Position numbers and translations under genes: made by a program. Positions 15,201-27,700 of a DNA stretch of 64,000 nucleotides are shown here, piece after piece. The notes beneath the pieces were generated by a model that saw only the letters and a program-made list of their open reading frames with translations, made no database searches and was not told where the DNA came from. Each line of letters opens with the position of its first letter. The stretch's first letter is position 1. Source of the stretch: Trichoplax adhaerens. Taxonomy: Eukaryota; Animalia; Placozoa. The DNA is taken from the NCBI RefSeq assembly GCF_000150275.1, contig NW_002060945.1:3557172-3621171 (forward strand), in the 5' to 3' direction.

Positions 15201-18200
15201 TAGATAGCATGGTCCACCGTGATTTAATCAAACCGAGGTGAAATAATAAATTCGGTGGCGAATAAGCTCTCAGGAAACAGGAGTTTAATCCATCACGTAG
15301 AAAAATAAAATGAATCACATTAGTGATCGAAGTTTTCATCGATCTCATGCCATTTGTGTTTACAATAGATCAATCATTGCATTAAGATAAAAGCTAAGAT
15401 AACGATGAAATCAATCGCTATCTAGTATATCTAGATTAGGTTTATTGTTGAGATTGAGATATCTATCGATCATTCTAATCTAACGTCTCCGAGATAGATA
15501 ACGACGATAATTATACTGCATATATTAAAATTGTTGTTATTATTGCTAATCTATTTCATCACCGTGTAAGGCAGTCTTCAGTCGATATACAAGAGAGTGA
15601 AAAGACGTTGATCTCGTTATTAGACAAAGTGATTCAAAAAGAGTAAAAATAGAATACTCAATAGCGATTAATAGGATCAAAAATAGAGGAATTAATTTGC
15701 ATTTAGGGCGATATCGAGCTATGATCTTAAGCGTAAAGAGAAAGATATGATGATTACTGTTTTCTATTTTCATCATTGCGTCGTATTTTGTCCTTAGGCT
15801 AATAATAACTTGATTGACAATTCTCTAACGATTAAAATGAATGATGCTCTAACGAGTCTAATCTGTAGTTAAAAAGTAGATTGAAAGTTTTACTTCCTGA
15901 AACCGGTAATGCCTACGCGTATACGAATAATAAAATGGCCTATAAGGGTAAACTAGCAATATTCATACTAGAAAAATCCTCTTCAACAGTAGGCTATGGC
16001 TATTAGATCGAAGATGAAACTGTCTTGATCAACTTGAGAATCGTTATAAAGCAACAAATGAAAGGAATGAAAGAAAAAATTGAAGTTTGATGGAGCAAGT
16101 TTACTTGTCTTAGCGAAGGGATTACATCAATCACCGTCAAGGTGGATCATTGATTATTTTCTTAATATTTAAAAGTATATCTTATAGTTGTAAGAATCAA
16201 AAGTGGTATTTCCTGGACGAGAGATAGCTGTAGGCTTGGGTCAATTTAAAATTCGATGGGATCGATTAAGGGGAAAGAGATTATTATTCCCAGCGCGATG
16301 AAAAGTAAACGTTTATATGAAGAGATGAGTTATTAATTCATGAGGTGTTGGCTGAAAGGAAATGAATACTATTAAATCTTTTCACTTATCACTATCATCA
16401 AGGTTAAAGAGTAACAGGAAATTGGATGTCTGCAGAATTGCAAGCTTTTGAAATACTCGATGGGACTTATTACAGAGAGACATGGCAGAAGTAAAAACGC
16501 TTAATAGTAATGAGGCTATCGTCATCTTTATGCCCAACATTTAATCAGCAGTCAGTTCTATATTACTGTATATTATTAATAACGATAGGCCTCAAATACT
16601 TGTAATATGGATAACTCGACCAATAATTAGAGGAGTAGGTAGAGTACATGTTGACAGATCCATTGGTTACTACTTGATAATTAGACAGTATAAACGGAAT
16701 GAAAATGTTCATCATTCAACCAAGATTGCTCGTATACCCGCTATTAAAACAAAGCTAGCATTTGTTGCTTATAACATGATTTAATAAGGAGTAGAGTATA
16801 CTCGTTTGTAAATAAACCTGATCAATTGCAAAGACTTGATCTTTCATCAAAGATGCTTGTACTGTACTGCGAGAGAACTATTTCGATCACAAGTAGAGCT
16901 AATAGAATAAGATTGATTGGAAATACTTGTTTTATCGTGATTAAGTAAGTGATGTACCGGAAAAATAATATTAAAATTACAAGTTAATAGAATAAGATAT
17001 ATTGAGAATACTTGTTCCGTCATGATTAGGTAATTAGGTAAGTGATGTACCGGAAAAGCAATCTGACAATCACAAATAGAATTATTAGAGTAAGATTGAT
17101 TGGAAATGCTTGCTCGGTTATAACTAGGTACTGTAAATTATGTCCCGGAAAAGCAATATTACAATCACAAACAGTCATTTTGGCCGAAAGATCGAATGGC
17201 GATGCTTGCTTCTCCATGATTAAGTACAGTAATCTCAGAAAGGAATTAGACCGTCATAATTTAATCAATAGTAAAGTAAATGTAAAGTTCTCCATCGATT
17301 GGAAATACTTACTCCTCCATCCTTGAGTGATCGATGTATGGGTCAGAAACCGAAGCGACATGATTCAATCAGTCGTAGAATAAATGTCGAAAGTTTTCCA
17401 TTGATTAGAGATACTTGCTCCTTCATTATTTAATCAGCAGTAGAGCACATGTCTGTAGATTTTGATCAATTGCATGTACTTGCTACTGGATGGTTAGACA
17501 GTAGAATGCCTCATTCTTAAAATTGTTGTCACTATTGGAATTAGGTAGATTGTATACAATAGCTCATAGGAAAATGCTTACACTTTGGCTCCTTTAATAT
17601 GTCTAATATTATGTCATCAACGTTCATTGATCTCGGCTAAAAAGGGAAAAATCTTTGTTGATAGTATAATTCTTCTTTCTATTTGTACAATTTGTTACTA
17701 TGATTTTGTATATTAGCAAGTATTCTTGCAGCGTTAATTACTACAGTAGAATCATAATTTGGATCCTGTACCTATTTCCTTCTCCTGGCACAAATTGCGC
17801 TGCGTTGTTGTAGATAAAAGATGATATTTCCATGAACATTAAGATTAGTCAATTAATTGATCAATCAATTAATTATTCCTGTATTCCTTTATACTGCGAT
17901 AGAATCATAATTTGAATTGTTACTGTACTACCATTTCCTAAATCATAATTTAGATCTTATTACCATTTCCTTCTCCTAGCATAAATTGCGCTGTGTTGTT
18001 GTGGATAAACGATGATTAGAATCCTAATTTAGATCTTATTACTACTTCCTTCTCCTAGCACAAATTGCGCCGCGCTATTATGGATAAAAGATGATCAACC
18101 TATGAATTAGTCGATTAATTAATTAATCGATCAATCATTCTTCTTGCACTGTATATGATGCTATAATCATAATTGGGTTCTTATTCAGAATCTTATGGCT

Positions 18201-20868
18201 ACTTCCATTACCTAGCATTACTTGATTACATCATTTAAAAATACTATCATCACCATTTGATGTTGTATTTGCAAAGATAATACTAAATTAGATACTACAT
18301 TAAGTTAAAATTGCAAAAGCAATTTTAATCATAACTATTCGACAATTTCTTGCCGAAAGATATCATATCGACTGTAATGTTATGCTGACTCAGTCGAATT
18401 AAAGGATCATCATACGCCTAACATTGGATTACAACACTATTCGACGTTGGACAGCGTTGTCTACACCTGTATCCATTGGTAAAATGGATAGGATATTTAC
18501 TTCAGGGATTCTAGACTAGATCAGTTCTCTTTCAAGTTGTATTTGTATTTTGTATTTGCTTCAAGTTCTCTAGAGTTTGATAGCATTATACGAGTACGGT
18601 TGCATTTGGAAGTGGTATACGAGTAAAATGGTCCAATATGGAAGATCTAGAGAATACGCGCATAGCAAAAGAATTCTCGAATGGGATAATGGACGTATTC
18701 ATAGTCAAGGAATTACTGTATAGCTACTGGCTCTTTCCTAATCCATTTTCAATTTTTAGGAAGGAAATTTCATCTTCTACTTACCATTGACGATGGCTAT
18801 ACAACTGAAATAACTATCTTTATATTTATCCGTTATCAAGAGTAGGAAATGTATTTAGTAGCCAGATTGATCTGGAGTTATTTCATCAGGGTAATATGCT
18901 CATAGCTTAGATGGGTTAAATAGGGTAAACTTTGAGCTACGTTGTTTGGGTTTTCTACCCTATCTGCGTTTCATCCATATCCAGCTTTCCCATCTTGGCT
19001 AGGGGGTTTGTCAATAGAAATAGCTGTCTTCTAGATCGTCCAATAGAGTCATTAAGGGCAGGAACTATGCCATCACTACCTGTCGCCTTGGATAAGTAAA
19101 CTTTGAATTTTCTACCTATGATATTACCTTTTCTGTCTACGTTTCATTATTTCCTGTTGTGACAAGAACTTTCAAAATTGAAGCAACTGCCTTAAATACT
19201 ACAGTATATACCATCGCAAGAGGAGGAAAAAGAAATCTATCAAGTCGGTTGAATAGATGAAAATTGAACTTCAATTATTGGATGAGGTAAAGTCTACCTA
19301 CTGCTTAGATATGGGCTACTAGATTAATAGTACATCTAGTAGTCCATGGCCTTGATTGCATCAATTGGAATTTTCTAGCTAAGTCATTTGCTTTTCTGCC
19401 AGTCTACGTTTCGTCGCTCCTGGTATCACAGGGGCTTTGAAAATTGGAGCAACTGTCTCAAGTACTACACACCATTACAAGAGAATAAAGGGATTTATCC
19501 AGCAATCTGGATAGATGAAAGTTAGCTTCGAGTATTTGATAGAATAAAATGTACCCATTGCCTAGATCGGTTAACTTTTGAATTTTCCAGCTACAACATG
19601 ACGTTATCTATTAATCTTCATTTCATCTAGGGGATCCTCACGAGGACTTTCGAATTGAAACAACTGTCTCGCATATACCATCGCAAGAGCAAGCAATTCC
19701 ATCAGTAGCCTAGCTAGACAAAATGGATCTCAAACGATACCATAGGGTAAATTCTATCTATCCATGGCCTACGTACACTGTCTCATCATCAACAACAAAG
19801 TTGTCAACATCAAAATAGTCCCATCTATAGAAGGATGATTGAAAAACCGCTAGTACCACATGATGGTAAGTCATCAGGAATTTTTCCAGTTTATGTAAGT
19901 TGATGGCGACTAGCTGATAGCTAATAATAACATCATCATGATGTAGTGAAGTTATTTTGGTCGATATTAGTAGTACTCGAGGCATAGAAAAAGTGGTAAC
20001 GTGAAGTAAGTAAAAAGGCTAGTTGAAGATTCGACTATGGATCGACATGATGGACTATCTAATGAAATGGAAGATGTCGTTAAAAATGATGATTGACTAT
20101 GGGTTATGTTACCTGTGTACCCTTTAATGGACTAGCCAGTCATATAAGTAAGACAATTCTATAATTACCATGTCTGCCATTGGTGCCAATTGTAGAAAAT
20201 GATGCAAGTAGAGTTGAAGAATAATGATCACGTTACAAGTCTTTAATAGTAACAAGATTCCGAGTGAAATTTGCATGATCATTGCAGGATTATTTAGTGT
20301 TCAAGAGTGAAGCATAATCCATGGAGAGAGTGTATTGTAGAGTATGAATTGAACTGTAGATTGAAATGGATTTGCTTAACGTATATACAGTACAGAGAAA
20401 GTTTCGTTTCCATACTTGAATGGATCGAAATGACAGGTTAAAAAGAAATGGTTGACAGTCCAACTTTAAAGTTGGACTGTTATTTTCTTTGATCAGCGCA
20501 TCATCTCGCTAGTCCTTAGGGCGGCGATCGAGTTATCATTGACTACTCGAAATCGACTACACGTTGATGATTGACTTGTCGTCCGTCTAAATGATTCATT
20601 AACAAGGCAATAAGAGTAATATATCACTTTGGAAAAATGGGAGAAACGATGATTTAGACATGATGGATTAGAGAGAGGGAAAAAAGAGACTGATGATCAA
20701 TTGATCAATCGCTATCGCCCTATCACTGACTGATCGAGTAGATGGCATGTTTTCCAACTGCATTTTTCATGGCAATTTTAAAGTTTTCTTACCTTCTCGT
20801 AATTCTGCATCTAGATTCTTGAGTGCAGCAACTACATGCGATGGCATTTCCTCTATTGGATTGGCCAT
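3243..20868 (-). CDS. DIP2: Disco-interacting protein 2 homolog (DMAP1-binding N-terminus plus two adenylate-forming/FAAL-like domains), multi-exon
   Basis: Exon 1 (20868-20793) MANPIEEMPSHVVAALKNLDAELRE splices to exon 2 (13855-13775) GYITAKGYEKKKAKILSPF, the DIP2 N-terminal motif. Internal exons include LRMLLVADGQNPW, DEIGEICLSG, ETKQRFFEGMLHPCCVLMCPH, CELYPSRQVAICVDPYCGYG and WARTGYLGF. The last exon VVVDPGTIPINSRGEKQRMHLRDRFLSDSLNPIYVAYNM* is the canonical DIP2 C-terminus. Candidate polyA signal near 2736-2741. Confidence 0.96.
16600..17500. repeat. Degenerate short tandem repeats (~80-130 bp) in DIP2 intron 1
   Basis: Recurring gattgattggaaatacttg/gattggaaatgcttgct cores and gatgtaccggaaaa...aat blocks near 16912, 16950, 17043, 17095, 17143, 17298 and 17403. 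Confidence 0.6.
17735..18180. repeat. Degenerate tandem repeat in DIP2 intron 1
   Basis: agaatcataatttagatc...ttccttctcctagcacaaattgcgctg...gataaaagatgat recurs near 17748, 17940 and 18018, with partial copies. Confidence 0.7.
18780..19760. repeat. Old degenerate ~210-270 bp tandem repeat in DIP2 intron 1
   Basis: Recurring ttgaagcaactgcc/ttggagcaactgtctc/ttgaaacaactgtctc...accatcgcaagag blocks near 19178, 19444 and 19655, plus aactttgaattttc blocks. Confidence 0.6.
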
Positions 20869-21438
20869 GCTAAGTGAATAAGGTTCAAAAATTCGCCTTC
20901 AATTCAAGATGTCTATCCTACGATCGATGATGGCCGATCACCATTCTACAAGAAGGTTTGGACTGGTCTCCAGCGCTGGTACTCTTGGTGATAATACTCG
21001 GTGTCGATTTCTATGGCCTACTATAGGCGAGCATGGGTCAAGATCGAAACCAGTCTAAGTCTTGTCTATCAATAGCTCATTTCAGTACTATCATAGTAGC
21101 CAGTATAGCATCAAGTCATTTCAAATGATGAAAGAAAAAAACCGGTATCGGTTCACTTACTGGACCCAACTGGTCTCCTAGCCAGCCCATACTGATCCTA
21201 GTAAAGTGGATCGGAGCCGTTATGGTACCGGTGTCTCCTAGCGAGAGCCCAATATGACGTAGACAGTGTATGAGTCAGCGTTGCAACATCAAACACCACC
21301 AATCTTGCAGAGATAGTCGATTTGAACATAGTAAAGCAACAACTTGATCACTTGATTGCGTAGTATACCTTCAGTAGCTTTTCCACCTAGGAGGAGACCC
21401 AAGCCCTCCTGCTATCTTCATGTTTTGCTAGATAGGCA

Positions 21439-22780
21439 ATTTACTCAAGACTCGAGAAAAAGCTCAGCTATGGTCTAGTAAAGGCTATAAATACTTGATT
21501 ACATAGAGTATCCCAAGTATCTTGTCCCTCTATTCTTGAGTTCTACATAGCCAACTTACTCAAGACTGGAGAAAAAGCTCAGCTATGGTCTAGTATAGGC
21601 TATAAATACTTGATTGCTTAGAGTATGTGAAGTATGTTGTCCCTCTATTCTTGAGTTCTACATAGCCAACTTACTCAAGACTCGAGAAAAAGCTCAGCTA
21701 TGGTCTAGTAAAGGCTATAAATACTTGATTACATAGAGTATCCCAAGTATCTTGTCCCTCTATTCTTGAGTTCTACATAGCCAACTTACTAAGACTAGAG
21801 AAAAAGCTCAACTATAGTCTAGTATAGGCTATAAATACTTGATTACATAGAGTATGTGAAGTATCTTGTCCCTCTATTCTTGAGTTCTACATAGCCAACT
21901 TACTCAAGACTGGAGAAAAAGCTCAACTATGGTCTAGTAAAGGCTATAAATACTTAATTGCATAGAGTATTCCAAGTATCTTGTCCCTCTATTCTTGAGT
22001 TCTACATAGCCAATTTACTCAAGACTGGAGAAAAAGCTCAACTATAGTCTAGCAAAGGCTATAAATACTCGATTGCGTAGAGTATCCAAAGTATCTTGTC
22101 CCTCTATTCTTGAGTTCTCCAGTGTTTTTTGTTTAGAGCTTAAAGGTGTAAGAAAAAACCTTCCTATATCTACAGTACTGTATGTTGGATAGCAGTACTT
22201 AATGTGCAACTTACTCTACTGTCGACTGGAGAAAAAGCTCAACTATGGACTAGTAAAAGCTATACTTGATTGCGTAGCGTATCCTAAGTACCCTTTCTCT
22301 CCATTCTAGAATTCTCCAGTGTTCTATGTTTAGAGCATAGAGGCATGAGAAAACAAAATTTCTGTCTCTAGGATTGATAGCAATATTCACTGAACAACTT
22401 ACTTCAGGTTGAAGAAAAAGCTCAATTATAGACTAGTAAGGGCTTCAAAGTACAGTGGGTAGCTTAATTAAGCACCCTTTCCATCTCTATTCTAGAAAAG
22501 TTATCGAGTGTTCTAGGTTTAGCGTAGGCGTAAGAAAAAATCGTCTATCTCTACGGGTTGATAGTAGTAGTAATGGCTGTACATCTTAACCAGCTTATTG
22601 ACTGGAGAAATAGCTTAATTATGTACTAATAAAGCTTTAAACATTCGAATGCATAGTGTACTTTAAGTACTCTTTCTACGTCTCTTCTAGAGTAAACTGT
22701 ATGTTGATCATAGTGTTTGGTATACCACTTGTTCGAGGCTTATTGACTCGAGATAAAACCCAACTATGGACTATAATCTA
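21439..22780. repeat. 115-bp tandem repeat (6 near-identical copies, 21439-22120) followed by degenerate longer (~185 bp) copies
   Basis: ttactcaagact.gagaaaaagctca.ctat.gtctagta.aggctataaatacttgatt... starts at 21441, 21556, 21671, 21786, 21900 and 22015. Diverged copies occur near 22210, 22400, 22600 and 22740. Confidence 0.95.
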
Positions 22781-24741
22781 CAAATTTCATGGCTGGACTA
22801 ATCTCCTACAATCAAGATAAACGTATTGACAGGATAACTTTGAACAGGGACCACTCAGATAAAATAGTTGGCGGTGTAGAAGTAGCAGACTTGTAGAAAG
22901 AAAAAGTCTAACCCCTGCTGATAATAATAATAATACAGTACTGTGTCGACATATACCATACAGGTAATTAATTAATTATTTGTATGCAAATCAGTTATCA
23001 AGAGAAAGATAATATCTACTGCTGTAGGCCATCATAGACGAGTATGAAGGACTGTTTTAGCTTTTATTTGTCCATGGGCAAATGTAATTGTATTATACAG
23101 TATCATACTGTAAATCAGTGCTCCATACAATCCTATTGTTGATTGTGCTATGTTGTTAATGCCTAGATGTTATCCAATTTAGATGAGTATGTCATGCCAT
23201 TTATAGCTTCTAGTACTCGTTGCTACCATAGAGATGGAAAAAAAAGCTAGATTGTAGTTTAATAATAACAATTTCAACTATGCCGTATTAGTAATAATCT
23301 TTCTTCACCAGCTTTGTCAGTATTGATATTCAATATTCATCATTAATTATTACTCGATTCCCATAGTAAAACCGTACTGTGCTTGGATAGACACTTAAGC
23401 CGCAACATGCTAGCACCAGTATACTAGAGATACTCTACAGAACATTACTACTTTGGCGGACAGATTGGCATTCGATGAACATGCAGTACATTATAGTTCT
23501 ATTCGAATAAAACTGATCCTCTAGTAAGCATAGTAGAGTAACGTGGAATGTGAATCTGTAATACAGTAGCCCCAAAAATGGGGTTAGAACGAACAACATC
23601 TACAACTATATGAGTAATGTCCTATAGGTAGATAACCCATTTATAAAAACGTTAATAACCGACTATTGTAATTCTATTTTACACTTCTCAAGGCGTACAG
23701 TATTAATGTGCAGTACCTACAGTACTAGCAACAGTAGGAAAATAGAATTACGGCTATAGATAATCTCACACTGTATATATCCAAATGATAAATCGTAAAA
23801 TAAAAAATGTAACCGTTAATTATAGATAGTGTACCGCCTTTGTAATTTATTATTTCATATTGATATTTAAAGGACAACCGTTAAAACAAATGACATACCG
23901 CCATCAGACAGTAACAATCGCTATCTAGAACTGTTAAAAAGAAAATGACTACAGTATGTAACCTACAACGTTCAAAGCGTCAAAAAACCAAACCTACATA
24001 AAAATTTCATAAAAAATAGCTAACGAATCAGGCGATTATATACCGACAAGTCTAGCATGAAATAGAAATAATATCCCACTGATCTATAAAGTGCTCCGTT
24101 TAGAATTATCAAAGTTGTAAATAGTATCTTTCTAACACCACAAGGTGCATGAAACGATTAATTAGTAATCCATACTTTGTAAGCAACTTGTATTTACTGC
24201 TGTAGGCACCAAGAACAGCTTTACGTCAGAAAAAATAGAATACGGAAACACTGTACAGAAGTAATCCATAATTAGTAATTAATTATAATGCTACTGTATA
24301 CTATATAATAGATTATAAAGTCGGAAGCAATTTGCAAGCGGAAGAGGTTGCCAATTAATTCCATTCCTTAATAAAGGAACTTTATAAATTAGTAGCTTTC
24401 TACTTCGGTCGATGATGAACGTACTTGCAACTGCTTATCAGTTAAAATGCATTCCTTATTACTTGTAGATAATGTGATAATGTTAACATGTCGACTAAAA
24501 CCTTCCATAATCAGCGAAATCGTACAAGCTCATGATGCTATATTCCAACATGCGAATCGTTAATACATTTATTCTGAAAAAAAAATATACATAGGGTCAT
24601 ATTAGTAGCAAATAAAGGTATTGTGTAAAAATGAAAGAAGAAATATAACTGTCTTATACAGTACACGTAAGCACAATATAACGGCTAACAGGTTACACCA
24701 AATTACTGCGATACCCTAACATAGCCTACAAGAATCTAATT

Positions 24742-27700
24742 TCAAATACAATAATTCGTTTCCTTACTGGTTATAAGGGGCGATCCCTTGGCTAAGGTAG
24801 TAACTAGGGCTGATGATCGGCTAGCTGGGCTTGTTCCAAATTTGTTCATTGCAAATGCACGGAATCTATAGGACGTCTCGGGCTCAAGACCTTCAATGAT
24901 GGATTCGGTTTCTGAGTCTCTAAATCTTAATTGTGTCCATTCTTTACTACCTGTTGGTCTAAATTCGATTTGATAACCATTAATAGGGCTATTTCCATCA
25001 AAACTTGGAGCAGCCCACGAAACCAAAGCTTGCCGCCCAGAAACTTTTCGTACTACTGGAGCTGCTGGTGCCTCTGGCACATCTGCCACAATTACTTCAC
25101 AAGAACATGTACTAGTTCCCTTTGAATTCGAAGCAACGCACTCATAAATCCCAGAGTCTTCAACTTGACTCCTTCTTATTGATAAACTCTCTGTTCCATC
25201 ACTGCTTGAGGTCGTTCTAATTCTTCCACCACTTAGTAACTCCTTTCCGTCTTTCTTCCATACTACAGTCGGAGCAGGGTCAGCTTTTAATTTACAACTG
25301 AGATTCAAGCTCTTTCCCGGAGTCAGCTGCAAGTCTTCAAATTGATTGCTAAATGTAGGCTTCCCTTCAGCTGTTTACAAGTAAATTAATAATAAAGCTA
25401 CAGTATTTGCAATATACGGGATAAATCATTTGATTTTGTATAATAAAATCTTACCGGCTTTATCTATAGCTTTCTCCCGATTATCCGCAATTAAGCGTCT
25501 TAAGAAATTAGATGTACATACTGCCGTAAATGCTTTCTACAAATTATACATAATAATAATAAAAAAGCAAGGTTAAATGCCGTAATTAAAAGCAAGCATC
25601 CTTTCTATTAATTAAACAATAAATCTTACCTTCCATCGTCGTTTAACTACAAATGTTCTTAGTTTCTTAACCTGGACTTGTCCTGAACCTTTTCCCATCT
25701 CTGGTAGCTGGTATTAACGCGGTATATCATGTTAACAATCATCGTTGCATGCAATTAGCAAATAGACCCAACAAGGTCTATATCATAATACGATTACAGG
25801 CATACCTTCAGCCAAGCATGATCTAACGCTTCATTAACAGTTGCTCTTTGCCTAGAAACACAATTTATTGATTATTTAATAAATATGCTATTAATGGACA
25901 CACCAGGGTAAAGTAAATTTTGCTCAATATATTTAATCCATCAGGCCATAATCATACTTTGGATCTCTTCTTAGCAAACTCGAAATAAAACTTTTAGCCT
26001 CCGCAGAAATATCATCAAAGATGTCATCATCAAAATCCCAATTACAGGCCGTAACGTTTGATAATGTGTCATGATCGTTGTCACCCATAAATGGCGAAAG
26101 ACCACTTAACCTAATACAAAGCACCGGTAATAACTTAGAATAAGAATAGTTTCTAAAATAGTTCTATCGAAAAGTACTTACAACACATATGTTATGACAC
26201 CAATACTCCTATATTGAAGAAAGAAAATATATTATTATTGTTAAATTGGATGTTAAAATAGTATCAAATATTGCTAGAGTATTCTAGGTTGTGGCAATTT
26301 TAAAATAACACATACCACATATCTGTTGCTGGTGAAATTTTTTCATAACTGACAACTTCGGGAGCTTAAATATAGCATTAAAAATAGCTCTTTTATTGAT
26401 ATTTAGTGTACTAAGAGTTACATGATTTTCTACCTAGTATGAAAATTAATTTACGATAGTTAAAACATAAATTAGCTCACTTACCAACAAATTCAGGTGT
26501 TCCAAAGAGTACTTTCAATGAATCTTGTGCCTGGAACTTGCGTGCCATTCCAAAATCAATCAACTTAATATCATCATAGTCTTTCTCAAAAAGCATTAAA
26601 TTTTCCGGCTGAATAAGAGTTTAGGAATTAGAATTTAGGTCTAATATGCATATGAAACGGAATACAATACAAATTTCTACATCAATTAAATAAGGACATA
26701 GACAAGCTACTTTACCTTCAGATCTAAATGCAGAATGTTACTATCATGCATAAATTTCAATCCTTGTAAAACTTGCTGCATATAGTATATAACCTCTACT
26801 TCTAACAATGTTTCCCTTTTAATTAATCGGTCTAAAAGCTCTCCACCACGAAGAACTTCCATAATCATCACTACGTATTCATCCGTTTGATATGCGTCAT
26901 GTAAAAATACTAGTTTGGGATGATGTAGCTGATTCATAATATCAATTTCTTGTAAAACTGTGGTCCTATCGCTAACTTTCGTTTTTATCATTTTAGCGGC
27001 ATATTCTACCCCAGTGCTCTTCTCCGTACATGCTCTGACAATACCAAATTTACCTCTAATAATGCCAAATTAAATTACTCATTAATTACAATTTACAAAG
27101 ATCTAACCGTATTCTTCAATTTAGGTTTACATCACTATGCTTCAAATATACCTTCCCAATTCATCTTTCATGACGTAGTATTTCTCTGGATCATCATTTT
27201 TCACAAAGACTTGAGTCCAGTCGCGTAATATATTAGCCATCTTATTATGTTGTGGCTTCCATTCTGTAAATCGGCTATAATCCAAAACATCTTCACCAGC
27301 TTCTTCCTCTTCTTCTTCATTGCCAAATTCTTCTTCACCTGATGATAAGAGGAAATGAATCATTTGAGTATGAAAGAAGTTCTTTATATAATAAATTTGA
27401 CAACACTTACAGTTAACGATTAACTTTGCAGCACAAGAAATTTCGCCATGGGAAGAAATTACGACGCATCTGTAAGTCGCAGAATCATCGCTAACACAGT
27501 CAGCAATTACAAGGCTGCATTTGTTATTATCCTCAAAAATGTATTGGTATTTATTTTCATCTTCGATCGGTTGACCATCTTTTAGCCACATTACTTCATA
27601 GTCTTGATCAGAAGTCTGTATCCAACAATCAAATCTAGCTGCACTTCCTTCATAAACATCGGAGTCAAGAGGTTTACTCTTAAATGATGGCGCTTGAGCT

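Noticed and set aside
14381-15776. ORF-track ORFs inside DIP2 intron 1 as nested genes
   Set aside because: No recognisable motifs, no consistent splice chain, and composition typical of AT-rich non-coding DNA.
21439-22120. Regular repeat array as CRISPR or hammerhead-ribozyme satellite
   Set aside because: Whole units repeat with no unique spacers, there are no cas genes, the context is eukaryotic, and no CUGAnGA...GAAA core is present on either strand.
22789-22896. 35-aa ORF containing DK-IVGGVE, like a trypsinogen activation site
   Set aside because: It stops five codons later and no His/Asp/Ser protease exons were found downstream, so it is likely chance.
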